Below, one piece after another: positions 19,297 through 27,940 of a DNA stretch of 64,000 nucleotides. A program made the translations under genes and the position numbers. The stretch is from Candidatus Latescibacterota bacterium (GTDB lineage: Bacteria; Latescibacterota; UBA2968; UBA8231). The stretch covers positions 1,152,001-1,216,000 of the forward strand of contig CBDETY010000003.1 of the NCBI GenBank assembly GCA_965243025.1. Direction: 5' to 3'. The notes under the pieces were generated by a model. That model saw only the letters and a list, made by a program, of their open reading frames with translations. It was not told the DNA's origin and searched no databases. Position 1 is the stretch's first letter. Each line of letters opens with the position of its first letter.

Positions 19297-20853
19297 TTAC
19301 AGCACTTTGCTCGTAAGGCGAATCTCCAGCCCTTCGAATCCGAGCACCTCGTAGCAGGTTCCCCCGGTGCAGGCGAGACCGGTGCGCCGTTTGCCGGCGA
19401 ACAGGGTTGCGGTATGCGCCTCGCGGAACAGCCAGCTCGTCCCCAGGGCCCACCACCAGGTCGCGCCCGCCTGCGAGGCCCCGGTTTCAAGCGGGTCGTT
19501 GGACCGCTGCAGCTGCAGCGACCAGGTCCAGGCGGGAAAGCGGCTGACCTCGGCCGCCGCCAGCAGGTTCTCGTAGGGGAAGCGCCTGCTGCCGAAACGG
19601 CGGTCGACGTCCTGGAACTGAAGGTCGGCGGCAAGGGCGTACCGGGAGCCCGCGGACCAGTCCCACCGGGTGCCCGCGGTCACCCGCTTCTCGTTCTCCA
19701 GTATGCGGGTGCGCGCGTAATCGAAGAAGACCTGCCCGTACAGCGCCTCCCCCACCGGGGAATCGAGCTGCATGAAGTACTCGCTCAGGGACTTCGCCTC
19801 CTCGCCGGGACGGGGCCCCCGGCGGGTGGCGAGGTTCCAGGCGGCGATCAGCCCGACCTGCCGCGGCAGGGCCCAGGTCAGCTCCGCCTGAAACCCGGTT
19901 TCGTCGTCGGGCAGCAGGGTGTGCGTCTGCCGGTTCAGGAGGAAGGCTTCGTGCTCCCGGATCAGCGTCGGCGGGTTGTTGATGGCGGGGAAGTTGAAGC
20001 CGTCGTAGTCCTTGAACTCGAGGCTCAGCCCCCAGGCGCCCCCCGTGAAGGTGCTTGAAAGGTAGAGCCCCCGCGCGTGCTCGCGGTCGAGGGAGAACCA
20101 GCTGTCGAGAGCCGGATCGATGCGGGCGTACTCGCCGTACAGGTCGCCGTACCAGTCCGGCAGACCGAGCGCCTCCAGCAGCCGTCCGAGACGGACCCGG
20201 GCATGGGTGGTGGCGCCGCGTTCTTCGCCGTCGAAGTCGAGCACTCCCGTCCCGAACTCGAGGCCGGTCCAGGGGCTGGCCCTGAAAGCCCCCCCGGAAA
20301 CGCGGCCGAGGCGGCGGTCGGGGCCCTTCCTGCCGGGGGCGACCTCGCTGTCCACCGGGCGGCCGGTGAGCAGCAGCACCTCGACGTCTCCCCGGCGGTA
20401 GCGGACCTGGAACCCGTCGAGGTCCTGCGTTATCTGGTAGCGTCTCCGGGAGACGCGGTTTTCGGTGATGACCCCGGGAAGCTCGAAGGCGTGCAGCAGC
20501 AGGCCGCTGCCGACCAGGGTGAGGCAGGTCCCCGCGGTCGCCTCGAAGCCTCCCTGCCGGTAGGAGAGGGAGCGCTGGGCGAGATGGAAGTAGTCGCGTC
20601 CGCTTTCGCTGGAGCGGAAGGCCTCGCTGCGCAGGCTGGCGAGGAATCCCGAGGTTTCCAAACCGAAGTTCAGCTGCTGGTACACGGTGCGCAGATCGCG
20701 CGGCTCGGACCCCGGCAGGTTGCCTAGCTGGTACTCGTGGTGGGCGGTGAGCTGCGGCTGGGAGACGGCGGGGGGCGCTGCCAGCATGCCTGCGAGAAAC
20801 AGACGGGCGGCTCGCCGGCGGGGTGATGTAGCTTTATCTGCTTTCTGCGGCAT
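19297..20853 (-). CDS. Putative outer-membrane beta-barrel protein, DUF6029-like
   Basis: Signal peptide, GSGLLL..FE, EFKDY, NNPPTL..EH, DETGFQAE, amphipathic strands, C-terminal GLACTGGTC...FEGLEIRL. Confidence 0.7.
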   Translation of the reverse strand: MPQKADKATSPRRRAARLFLAGMLAAPPAVSQPQLTAHHEYQLGNLPGSEPRDLRTVYQQLNFGLETSGFLASLRSEAFRSSESGRDYFHLAQRSLSYRQGGFEATAGTCLTLVGSGLLLHAFELPGVITENRVSRRRYQITQDLDGFQVRYRRGDVEVLLLTGRPVDSEVAPGRKGPDRRLGRVSGGAFRASPWTGLEFGTGVLDFDGEERGATTHARVRLGRLLEALGLPDWYGDLYGEYARIDPALDSWFSLDREHARGLYLSSTFTGGAWGLSLEFKDYDGFNFPAINNPPTLIREHEAFLLNRQTHTLLPDDETGFQAELTWALPRQVGLIAAWNLATRRGPRPGEEAKSLSEYFMQLDSPVGEALYGQVFFDYARTRILENEKRVTAGTRWDWSAGSRYALAADLQFQDVDRRFGSRRFPYENLLAAAEVSRFPAWTWSLQLQRSNDPLETGASQAGATWWWALGTSWLFREAHTATLFAGKRRTGLACTGGTCYEVLGFEGLEIRLTSKVL

Positions 20854-20902
20854 CGTAGTTTCTCGACACAGGGAAAAACAAGCGATTCGGCGGTTAGGCT
20901 CA

Positions 20903-21688
20903 ATGGAGCGATCTGTTTTCGAGGGGCTGGACGGCAAGCAGGGGGCAGAGCGGTCGGAGAAACCGCGGACGGCAGGCCTGACCATGGCGGTCGACTGGGG
21001 CATGGGGCTGAACCGGCAAAGAGACCTGCAGGATTCGAGCGGTCCTTACATTGATTTTGCAAAGGTGGCGGTCGGTGTTTCCCGGCTTCTTTCCGGCTCC
21101 ATGCTGCAGGAAAAGATCGACTCCTATCTCGCCGCGGACATAGAGCCTTTTCCGGGGGGGCAGTACCTCGAGTACGCCGAAAGGGAAGGGAAGCTGGAGC
21201 GCTATTTGGAGGCGGTCGCCGAGGCCGGTTACCGCTGGGTGGAGGTCTCCGACAACCTGCTTCCCGCAACAGCGGCCTGGAAGGAAAGGACCATACGCAG
21301 GGCCCGGGAGGAGTTCGGCCTGAACGTCCTCGGCGAGGTCGGCAGGAAGGAGGGCCTCGAGAACTCCATACCCCTGCCCGACAACGCCGGTATATGCCTC
21401 GGAGCCGGGGCCCGGCTCATCCTTCTGGAAGCCGCCGAGCTGCTGGCAGGCGACGCCGCGACGCCGGCAGCAGTCGAGGAGATCGTCGCGGCCGCCGGCC
21501 TGGAGAAGGTGATGTTCGAGCTTCCCGGGCCGTGGATCGAAGGGGTGACCGACACCGACGTCCACCGCCTTCGGCGCGACCTGATCGACCGCTACGGAAC
21601 CGAGGTCAACATCGGCAACGTCGCTCCCGACGACCTGATGTCGCTCGAAACCTACCGCCGCGGACTCGGAGTCAACGCCGGCAGCTGA
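20903..21688 (+). CDS. comA: Phosphosulfolactate synthase (ComA family)
   Basis: KPRTAGLTMAVDWG, YIDFAK, PGG..LE, VEVSD, EVGRK, ILLEA, KVMFE, VNIGNV, LETYRRGL. Confidence 0.88.
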   Translation: MERSVFEGLDGKQGAERSEKPRTAGLTMAVDWGMGLNRQRDLQDSSGPYIDFAKVAVGVSRLLSGSMLQEKIDSYLAADIEPFPGGQYLEYAEREGKLERYLEAVAEAGYRWVEVSDNLLPATAAWKERTIRRAREEFGLNVLGEVGRKEGLENSIPLPDNAGICLGAGARLILLEAAELLAGDAATPAAVEEIVAAAGLEKVMFELPGPWIEGVTDTDVHRLRRDLIDRYGTEVNIGNVAPDDLMSLETYRRGLGVNAGS

Positions 21689-21744
21689 TCTGTCGGCGCA
21701 CTTCGTGACGTTTGTGATTACAAGTTCGCGCCGCGCCTCGAATT

Positions 21745-21768
21745 GCCGTTCGCCCGCCGGCGAACGGC
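21745..21768. terminator. Perfect 10-bp hairpin downstream of comA (possible terminator or processing site)
   Basis: GCCGTTCGCC-CGCC-GGCGAACGGC; no clear U-tract. Confidence 0.3.
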
Positions 21769-21838
21769 CACGGAAATCGGTATAAATGACATTCAGCCCG
21801 ACACTGTACAGGACAGCGGTCCCCGCAGGCCGTGCTCC

Positions 21839-22684
21839 ATGAGGTCGGCCACCGCTTTCGCGCCCGGAAGCATTTCCGGTCTCTTCAAGATCATCGCCGA
21901 CGACGACCCGGAGAAGATGCACTCCCTCGGGCTCAGCTTCACCGTTGCCGAGGGGGCCGCGGTCACCGTTTCGGAAGCCTCGCGCACCGCCGTCACCTTC
22001 AACGGCGAGGAGATCCGCTTCCCGACGGTGGCGACCCTCGCCGGGCGGCTGAGCGACGGCGCTTTCGATATCGCCGTCGAGTCGCCCCTGCCGCTGAGCT
22101 GCGGATTCGGCCTGAGCGGGGCCTCCACCCTCGCTGCGGCTTACGCCATCGACCGCCTCCTCGGCCTTGGTATGGCGGCCGAAGAGCTGGCCCTGCACGC
22201 CCACGTGGCCGAGGTGGAGAACCTGACCGGCCTCGGCGACGTCTGCGCCCAGTACCACGGCGGATGCCTGGTCAAGCTGGCCCCCGGGTCCCCGCTGGTC
22301 GCGCAGCGCCTCGCCGTGGCGGAGGGAGAGCCGATCCACTTCCGGTATTTCGGGCCCATAAGCACCAGGGAGGTGCTGTCCGATCCGCGCCGCGCCGCCG
22401 CGGTCAACCGGGCCGCCGACGCCGCCCTGCGGCAGCTGTCCGGGCTGACCGGCCGCGAACAGGTGCCGGTCTCCGAGTGCGTGCGCGTCTCCAGGAGGTT
22501 CGCCGAAGACAGCGGCCTGATGACCGATCCGCGGGTCGGGGAGACGGTCGCCTCGGTGGGTGCGTCCGGCGGGGAGGCCTCGATGATCATGCTCGGGCAC
22601 GCCGTCTTCAGCACTGTCCCGTTCCCGGGCTCGACCGAGACTTCGCTGTCCCTGGTTCCTGCCAGGGTGCTGGACGGACCATGA
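21839..22684 (+). CDS. pok: Archaeal-type pantoate kinase (GHMP kinase family)
   Basis: AFAPGSISGLF, S.G.SF, PLSCGFGLSGA, AHVAEVENLTGLGDV.AQ..GG, ASMIMLG.AVF. Confidence 0.85.
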   Translation: MRSATAFAPGSISGLFKIIADDDPEKMHSLGLSFTVAEGAAVTVSEASRTAVTFNGEEIRFPTVATLAGRLSDGAFDIAVESPLPLSCGFGLSGASTLAAAYAIDRLLGLGMAAEELALHAHVAEVENLTGLGDVCAQYHGGCLVKLAPGSPLVAQRLAVAEGEPIHFRYFGPISTREVLSDPRRAAAVNRAADAALRQLSGLTGREQVPVSECVRVSRRFAEDSGLMTDPRVGETVASVGASGGEASMIMLGHAVFSTVPFPGSTETSLSLVPARVLDGP

Positions 22685-23412
22685 CCGACGTACCGGAAAC
22701 CCACCCGCGCTACGAATCGCTGCGCCTGCGGGACGCCGTGGTCGCCGGCGTCGAACGCGGGGTGACCTCGGTCCACGGGCTGATCGCCCACGGCCGCGGC
22801 GAGGCCTTCGACTACCTGCTCGGAGAGCGCACCCACGACTTCGCCCATGAGGCGGTCGCCGCCGCAGCGGCCATGCTGGCGTCGGCGCAGCGGCCGGTGG
22901 TGTCGGTCAACGGCAACGCCGCGGCCCTGGCGGCCGACGGGCTGGTGGCGCTGGCCGAGGCCCTCTCCTGCCCCCTGGAGGTCAACCTGTTCCACAAATC
23001 GCGGGAGCGCGAGCGTGCCATCGAGGAGCTGCTGGTCGAAAGCGGGGCGGCCCGGGTGCTGCTTCCCGACCCCGGCACCTTCCTCGAGGGGATCGACTCC
23101 AACAGGCGCTACGTCCACCCCGAGGGGATTCACCGGGCGGACGCGGTTTTCGTGCCGCTCGAGGACGGCGACCGCTGCCGGATTCTGCGCGCCGCCGGCA
23201 AGGAAGTGGTGACTGTCGACCTCAATCCCCTGTCGCGCACGGCGAAGCTGGCCAGCATCTCCATAATCGACAACGTCGTCAGGGCGATGCCCCTGCTGGT
23301 CGACGCGGTGTCGGCGGCGGCCTCCGGCCCGCATGGGAGCCGGCGCCTGCTCGAGGAATATGACAACGGCCGCATCCTGGAGGCGGCGGAGCGATGCATG
23401 AGGAACCGATGA
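22681..23412 (+). CDS. pps: Archaeal-type 4-phosphopantoate--beta-alanine ligase (phosphopantothenate synthetase)
   Basis: HPRYESLRLR, GLIAHGRGEAFDYLLGERT, PVVSVNGN, LEVNLF, VPLEDGDR, VDLNPLSRT, DNVVRA; ATGA overlap with the kinase gene. Confidence 0.92.
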   Translation: MTDVPETHPRYESLRLRDAVVAGVERGVTSVHGLIAHGRGEAFDYLLGERTHDFAHEAVAAAAAMLASAQRPVVSVNGNAAALAADGLVALAEALSCPLEVNLFHKSRERERAIEELLVESGAARVLLPDPGTFLEGIDSNRRYVHPEGIHRADAVFVPLEDGDRCRILRAAGKEVVTVDLNPLSRTAKLASISIIDNVVRAMPLLVDAVSAAASGPHGSRRLLEEYDNGRILEAAERCMRNR

Positions 23413-23584
23413 GGTCCCGGTCCCTGCTGACTGTAACAACCGGAGTCGCCCCGCTTGCGTTGCCAGCCGGTTCAGACGCGAGGGAGCGGGGAGCTGTTTC
23501 CGGCTCCGCGGTTCCCGGGGACGACCCCTTTCCCGAACGCCGGTGCGGCCGTCCCCGGCCGGGTCCGGAGGGGAAAAGGGGGGA

Positions 23585-24574
23585 ATGAAGCTGTACCCCG
23601 ACCACGAGCTGCCGACCCGCGACGATGTGGTCGCGGCGCACCGTTTCATCGGCCCCTACCTGCCGCCGACCCCGCTGGTCCGGGCCCACTCCCTGTCGCA
23701 GCAGCTCGGGTTCGACTACTGGGTCAAGTGCGAAAACGCGCAGCCGGTGGGGGCCTTCAAGGTCCGCGGCGGGGTCAACCTGCTGGGCAACCTCGACGGC
23801 GGGGTGAAACGCCTCGGAGTGGTCACCGCGAGCACCGGCAACCACGGACAGTCGATCGCCTATGCCGGCGGCCTCTTCGGAATCCCGGTGATCATCTACG
23901 CCCCCGAGCGGAACGTCAACCCGGTGAAGATGCAGGCGATGCGCGGCCTCGGAGCGGATGTGCGCCTGTTCGGGCGGGACTTCGACGAGGCGCGCGGGGA
24001 GGTGGAGCGGGTAGCCGCGGGCGAGGGCATGCGCTACGTCCACTCGGGCAACGAGCCGCTCCTGATCGCCGGGGTCGGCACCATCGGCCTGGAGATCGCC
24101 GGGGCCCTCCCGGACGTCGAGGTGATCATCGTCCCTGTCGGAGGGGGCAGCGGCGTCTGCGGTACCGCCCTGGCGGTGAAGGAACAGCGGCCGGCGATCC
24201 GCATCATCGGCGTCCAGTCCGCTTCGGCGCCCGCCTGCCGTGAGGCCTGGAAAACCGGAAACCTTCAGGTCGAGTGCGCGATGAACACCGAGCACGAAGG
24301 GCTGGCGACCCGGGTGCCGTTCGCGATGACCATGCAGCTGATGTGGGAGCTGCTCGACGATTTCCTGCTCGTCACGGACGCGGAGATCAACGAGTCCATC
24401 CGCCTGCTGGCGCGGCACACACGGCAGCTGGCGGAGGGGGCCGGGGCGGCGGCCACCGCTGCCGCGCTCAAGCTGAGGGAGGAGCTGCGCGGGAAGAGGG
24501 TCGCCGGAGTGCTGAGCGGGGGCAACCTGCCCCTGGCGCGCCTAGCCGGCCTGTTTGCCGGAAGTGAATCCTGA
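23585..24574 (+). CDS. PLP-dependent threonine/serine dehydratase family protein
   Basis: KCEN.QP.GAFKVRG, ASTGNHGQ, PVGGGSG, EGAGAA, LSGGN; no ACT domain. Confidence 0.9.
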   Translation: MKLYPDHELPTRDDVVAAHRFIGPYLPPTPLVRAHSLSQQLGFDYWVKCENAQPVGAFKVRGGVNLLGNLDGGVKRLGVVTASTGNHGQSIAYAGGLFGIPVIIYAPERNVNPVKMQAMRGLGADVRLFGRDFDEARGEVERVAAGEGMRYVHSGNEPLLIAGVGTIGLEIAGALPDVEVIIVPVGGGSGVCGTALAVKEQRPAIRIIGVQSASAPACREAWKTGNLQVECAMNTEHEGLATRVPFAMTMQLMWELLDDFLLVTDAEINESIRLLARHTRQLAEGAGAAATAAALKLREELRGKRVAGVLSGGNLPLARLAGLFAGSES

Positions 24575-24686
24575 AGGAGGCTGGCCGGGCTCCCAGGTCG
24601 CTGATTCCCGGAGGGCTCATGGCTCCCGGCCGGCTCAACCGTTTGTTCGATCCCATGTCGACATCTGTGAGTCTTTTTCGAAAGGC

Positions 24687-25787
24687 ATGACCATGGCACC
24701 AGCGACAACCCCCGAGCAGATCAGGGCCAACCTGGCGGAGATTCCCCGCATCAGGTGGTCGCACATCCCCACCCCGTTGGAGGAATGGAAGAGCCTGCGG
24801 AGCAGGATCGGCGGTCCCCGCCTGCTGGCCAAGCGGGACGATACCACCGGGCTGGCCTACGGGGGGAACAAGTCGCGGCACTTCGAGTTCGAGATGGCCC
24901 ACGTCAGGAACCAGGGTTTCGACACCCTGATCTGCGTCAACAACTTCCACTCGAACCACGCCCGGGTCGCCGCCGCCGGATGTGTCAAGGCCGGGATCCG
25001 CTACATCCTGGTTTCGGTGGGAGAGACGGAGCGCCCCATTCAGGGGAACCTGCTGCTGGTAAAGCTGATGGGAGGGGAGATCCACCGCCTGCCCGCGGGG
25101 GAGGATTCCTCGGCTTGCGCCGAAGCCATAGCCTCCAGGGTGCGGGCCGAGGGCGGTAACCCGTACATACTCAACGACGACTGGTTTCCGCAGATCATCG
25201 GGACCATCGGCTTCGTCGAGGCCGGCCTCGAGTTGATGACCCAGCTCGCCGCGTACGGCATCGAGCGCATCCACGTCTGGGGGCTGGTCGGCGCCTCCCT
25301 GCCGGGACTGGCCTTGCTGGCGAAGAACCTCGGGCTCGACTGGAAAGCCACAATGGTCCTCTACAGTCCCGGCGATGTCGGCGCGGTCCGCGCCGGGATG
25401 GTGGACCGGGGCAGGAAGGCGGCGGAGTTCATGAAGCTGCCGCTTTCCCTCGACCCGGAGGACGTCGAGATCGTCGACGGCTTCTCCGGACCGGCGTACG
25501 CGGCCCCGACCGAAGCCGCCTTCGAGGCGATTCACCTCGTGGCCCGGACCGAGGCGGTGATTCTCGACCCCAACTACACCGGCAAGTCGATGTCGGCGCT
25601 GATCGACCGCGTCCGGTCGGGCCGGTTCCCCGAAGACCGGACGGTGCTATTCCTGCACTCGGGCGGACTGCCGCAGGTGTTCGCCTTCAACGAGGAGCTT
25701 GCCGCCTGGAGAGGCCCTGATGAAGACTGGGGCCGCCTGTCCGGGAATGGGGCCGGGCGGCGGGGGACAGGTGGCGGCAGCAGGTAA
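24687..25787 (+). CDS. D-cysteine desulfhydrase / ACC deaminase / cysteate sulfo-lyase family PLP enzyme
   Basis: PTPL, KRDDTTGLAYGGNK.R, SNHAR, GNLLL, EAVILDPNYTGK, FLHSGG. Confidence 0.85.
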   Translation: MTMAPATTPEQIRANLAEIPRIRWSHIPTPLEEWKSLRSRIGGPRLLAKRDDTTGLAYGGNKSRHFEFEMAHVRNQGFDTLICVNNFHSNHARVAAAGCVKAGIRYILVSVGETERPIQGNLLLVKLMGGEIHRLPAGEDSSACAEAIASRVRAEGGNPYILNDDWFPQIIGTIGFVEAGLELMTQLAAYGIERIHVWGLVGASLPGLALLAKNLGLDWKATMVLYSPGDVGAVRAGMVDRGRKAAEFMKLPLSLDPEDVEIVDGFSGPAYAAPTEAAFEAIHLVARTEAVILDPNYTGKSMSALIDRVRSGRFPEDRTVLFLHSGGLPQVFAFNEELAAWRGPDEDWGRLSGNGAGRRGTGGGSR

Positions 25788-25823
25788 ATCCCGGGGCGGG
25801 GAGCGGACCCGCCGGATTCCCGA

Positions 25824-27776
25824 ATGTTATCCGTAGACAACGTAGCCAAGATTTTCGGAGACCAGGTCCTTTTCCGGAACGCGAGCTTCGCCGTGGGCGC
25901 CGGCGAACGCATAGGAGTAGTAGGACCGAACGGCGCCGGCAAGACGACCTTTTTCCGCATGCTCGCCGGTGAACTGCTTGCCGACGAGGGGGAGATCCGG
26001 TCGCCGAAGAACTACAGCGTGGTCCAGCTTCGGCAGGAGTGGCTGCCGCTCCAGGGGGATACCGTGCTCGAGGCGGCGCTGCGGGAGTTCGCTCCCTGGT
26101 TCGAAGCGCGCGCCGGGATGGACCGGATCGAGCGGCAGCTGTCCGAATCCTCTGACGAGAAGCTCGTCGGGCGCTACCGGGAGATCGAGCACCGGTTCAG
26201 CATGCTCGGCGGCCACCAGGTCGAGCAGACGGCGAGGGAGCTGCTCGCCGGCCTCGGCTTCGCTTCCGGTCAGTTCGGCGAGCCCGCGGTGCAGCTCAGC
26301 GGCGGCTGGCGGATCCGCTGCCACCTCGCCGGCCTGCTGCTGCAGGAGGCGGATCTGCTGCTCCTCGACGAGCCGACCAACCACCTCGACATCCGTTCGG
26401 TCAAGTGGTTCGAGGAGTTCCTCGGGCAGTACCGCCAGTCGTTCATGCTGATCAGCCACGACCGCCGGCTGGTGCAGCGTCTCGCCCGCGGCATTCTCGA
26501 GTTCGCGCCTCCGCAGCTCACCCTGTGGCCCGGGTCGCTCCGGCAGTACGAGACCCTCAAGCAGCAGCGTATCGACCAGCTGGAAGCGACGATCGCCAAC
26601 AGGCAGAAGGAGGTGGAACGGCTCGAGGATTTCGCCCGGCGCTTCCGCGCCAAGGCGACGAAAGCGCGCCAGGCCCAGAACCGGCTCAAGACCGCCGGCC
26701 GCTACCAGGAGCAGATCGAGGAGCTGCAGAAGTCGATGCCGGTGATTTCCAGGCGTCCGGCCAGCTTCCGGCTGGAGCTGGAGCGGCGCCTGCCGAGCCG
26801 GGTGCTGGAGTTCGAGAAGGCGGTTTTCGGGTACCGCGCCGACAGGCCGCTGTTCGAGCTGCCGCGTTGCGTCATCGAAGGGGGCAGGAAGATCGGCATC
26901 GTCGGCGTCAACGGCGCCGGCAAGTCGACCTTCCTCAAGTGCTGCGCCGGAGAGCTGCCGCTGCTTTCGGGCAGCAGGCAGCGGAGCGACCAGGTCGCCA
27001 CCGGCTTCTTCGCCCAGCACCGCATGGAGGAGCTGCCCCTGCCCAGCGTCGCCCTCGATTATCTCGCCGAGCAGAGCTTCGGCAACCCTCCGGCGCGGGT
27101 GCGCTCCCTCGCCGCCAGCCTCGGGCTCTCGGGAGGGGATCTCGAGAAGCGGATCGAAGTGCTGTCTGGCGGTGAGAAGGCCCGCGTCAGTCTGGCCCGC
27201 ATCCTGTTGTCGAGGCCGGGCATGCTGCTGCTCGACGAGCCGACGAACCACCTCGACCTCGAAGCCTGCGACGCTCTCAAGCGCGGACTGGCCACGTACG
27301 AGGGAACCTTGCTGATCGTTTCCCACAACCGCGACTTCCTCGATTCCCTCGTCGACTCGATTCTCGAGATCCGGCCGGGAGAGGCGGTCCTGCATCACGG
27401 CAACTACAGCGAGTGGCTCGAGCGCCTCGAAGCCCGGGAGCAGGATGGGCTCCAGATGGCAGATCAGCCGAAGAAGCCGGCGGGGAAGGGGAGGAAGACG
27501 GCGGAGATGAAACGGCGCGAGGCCGAGCAGCGGCAGCAGCGCTCGAACCGTCTGAAGAAGATCCGCGGGGAGGTGTACGCGGCGGAGGCGAGGCTCAGAA
27601 AGTGCACCGCCGAGCTCGCCGATCTCGACCGCAGGCTGTGCCTGCCGGAAAGCCCCCGGGAGCCTTTGTTTCCCGAGTGGCTGAGGCGGCACGCCGAGCT
27701 GACCGCAGACCTTCCCCGACACGAGCAGCGCTGGCTGGAGGCGTCGGAGGAGCTCGAGCGCTTCGAGGGTCAGTAA
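25824..27776 (+). CDS. ABC-F family ATP-binding protein
   Basis: Two NBDs (GPNGAGKTT, LSGGW, LLLDEPTNHLD; GVNGAGKST, LSGGE, DEPTNHLD), linker KATKARQAQ, C-terminal coiled coil, no TM segments. Confidence 0.95.
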   Translation: MLSVDNVAKIFGDQVLFRNASFAVGAGERIGVVGPNGAGKTTFFRMLAGELLADEGEIRSPKNYSVVQLRQEWLPLQGDTVLEAALREFAPWFEARAGMDRIERQLSESSDEKLVGRYREIEHRFSMLGGHQVEQTARELLAGLGFASGQFGEPAVQLSGGWRIRCHLAGLLLQEADLLLLDEPTNHLDIRSVKWFEEFLGQYRQSFMLISHDRRLVQRLARGILEFAPPQLTLWPGSLRQYETLKQQRIDQLEATIANRQKEVERLEDFARRFRAKATKARQAQNRLKTAGRYQEQIEELQKSMPVISRRPASFRLELERRLPSRVLEFEKAVFGYRADRPLFELPRCVIEGGRKIGIVGVNGAGKSTFLKCCAGELPLLSGSRQRSDQVATGFFAQHRMEELPLPSVALDYLAEQSFGNPPARVRSLAASLGLSGGDLEKRIEVLSGGEKARVSLARILLSRPGMLLLDEPTNHLDLEACDALKRGLATYEGTLLIVSHNRDFLDSLVDSILEIRPGEAVLHHGNYSEWLERLEAREQDGLQMADQPKKPAGKGRKTAEMKRREAEQRQQRSNRLKKIRGEVYAAEARLRKCTAELADLDRRLCLPESPREPLFPEWLRRHAELTADLPRHEQRWLEASEELERFEGQ

Positions 27777-27894
27777 GGTTCGGAGTGTCTCCCCGGGGAG
27801 GCAGCGAGTCACCGATCGGCCACGGTGGGACCGCCGCATTCCTCCCGCCGGCAGCCGGGGGAACCGGAAAAAGGCGCGGCACGATTCTTGCGGA

Positions 27895-27923
27895 TTGCCT
27901 ACCGCCGAGCCCCGGGCTATACT
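27895..27923 (+). promoter_or_regulatory. Putative sigma70 promoter for the repeat-protein gene
   Basis: TTGCCT(27895-900)-17 nt-TATACT(27918-23), 17 nt upstream of GTG 27941. Confidence 0.5.
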
Positions 27924-27940
27924 CGCGAAAGGGATTTGCC

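Noticed and set aside
20903-23412. Archaeal origin of the whole contig, or a coenzyme M pathway
   Set aside because: Flanking genes are bacterial diderm types with uniform composition; comB/C/DE are absent from the window and ComA homologs occur in bacteria
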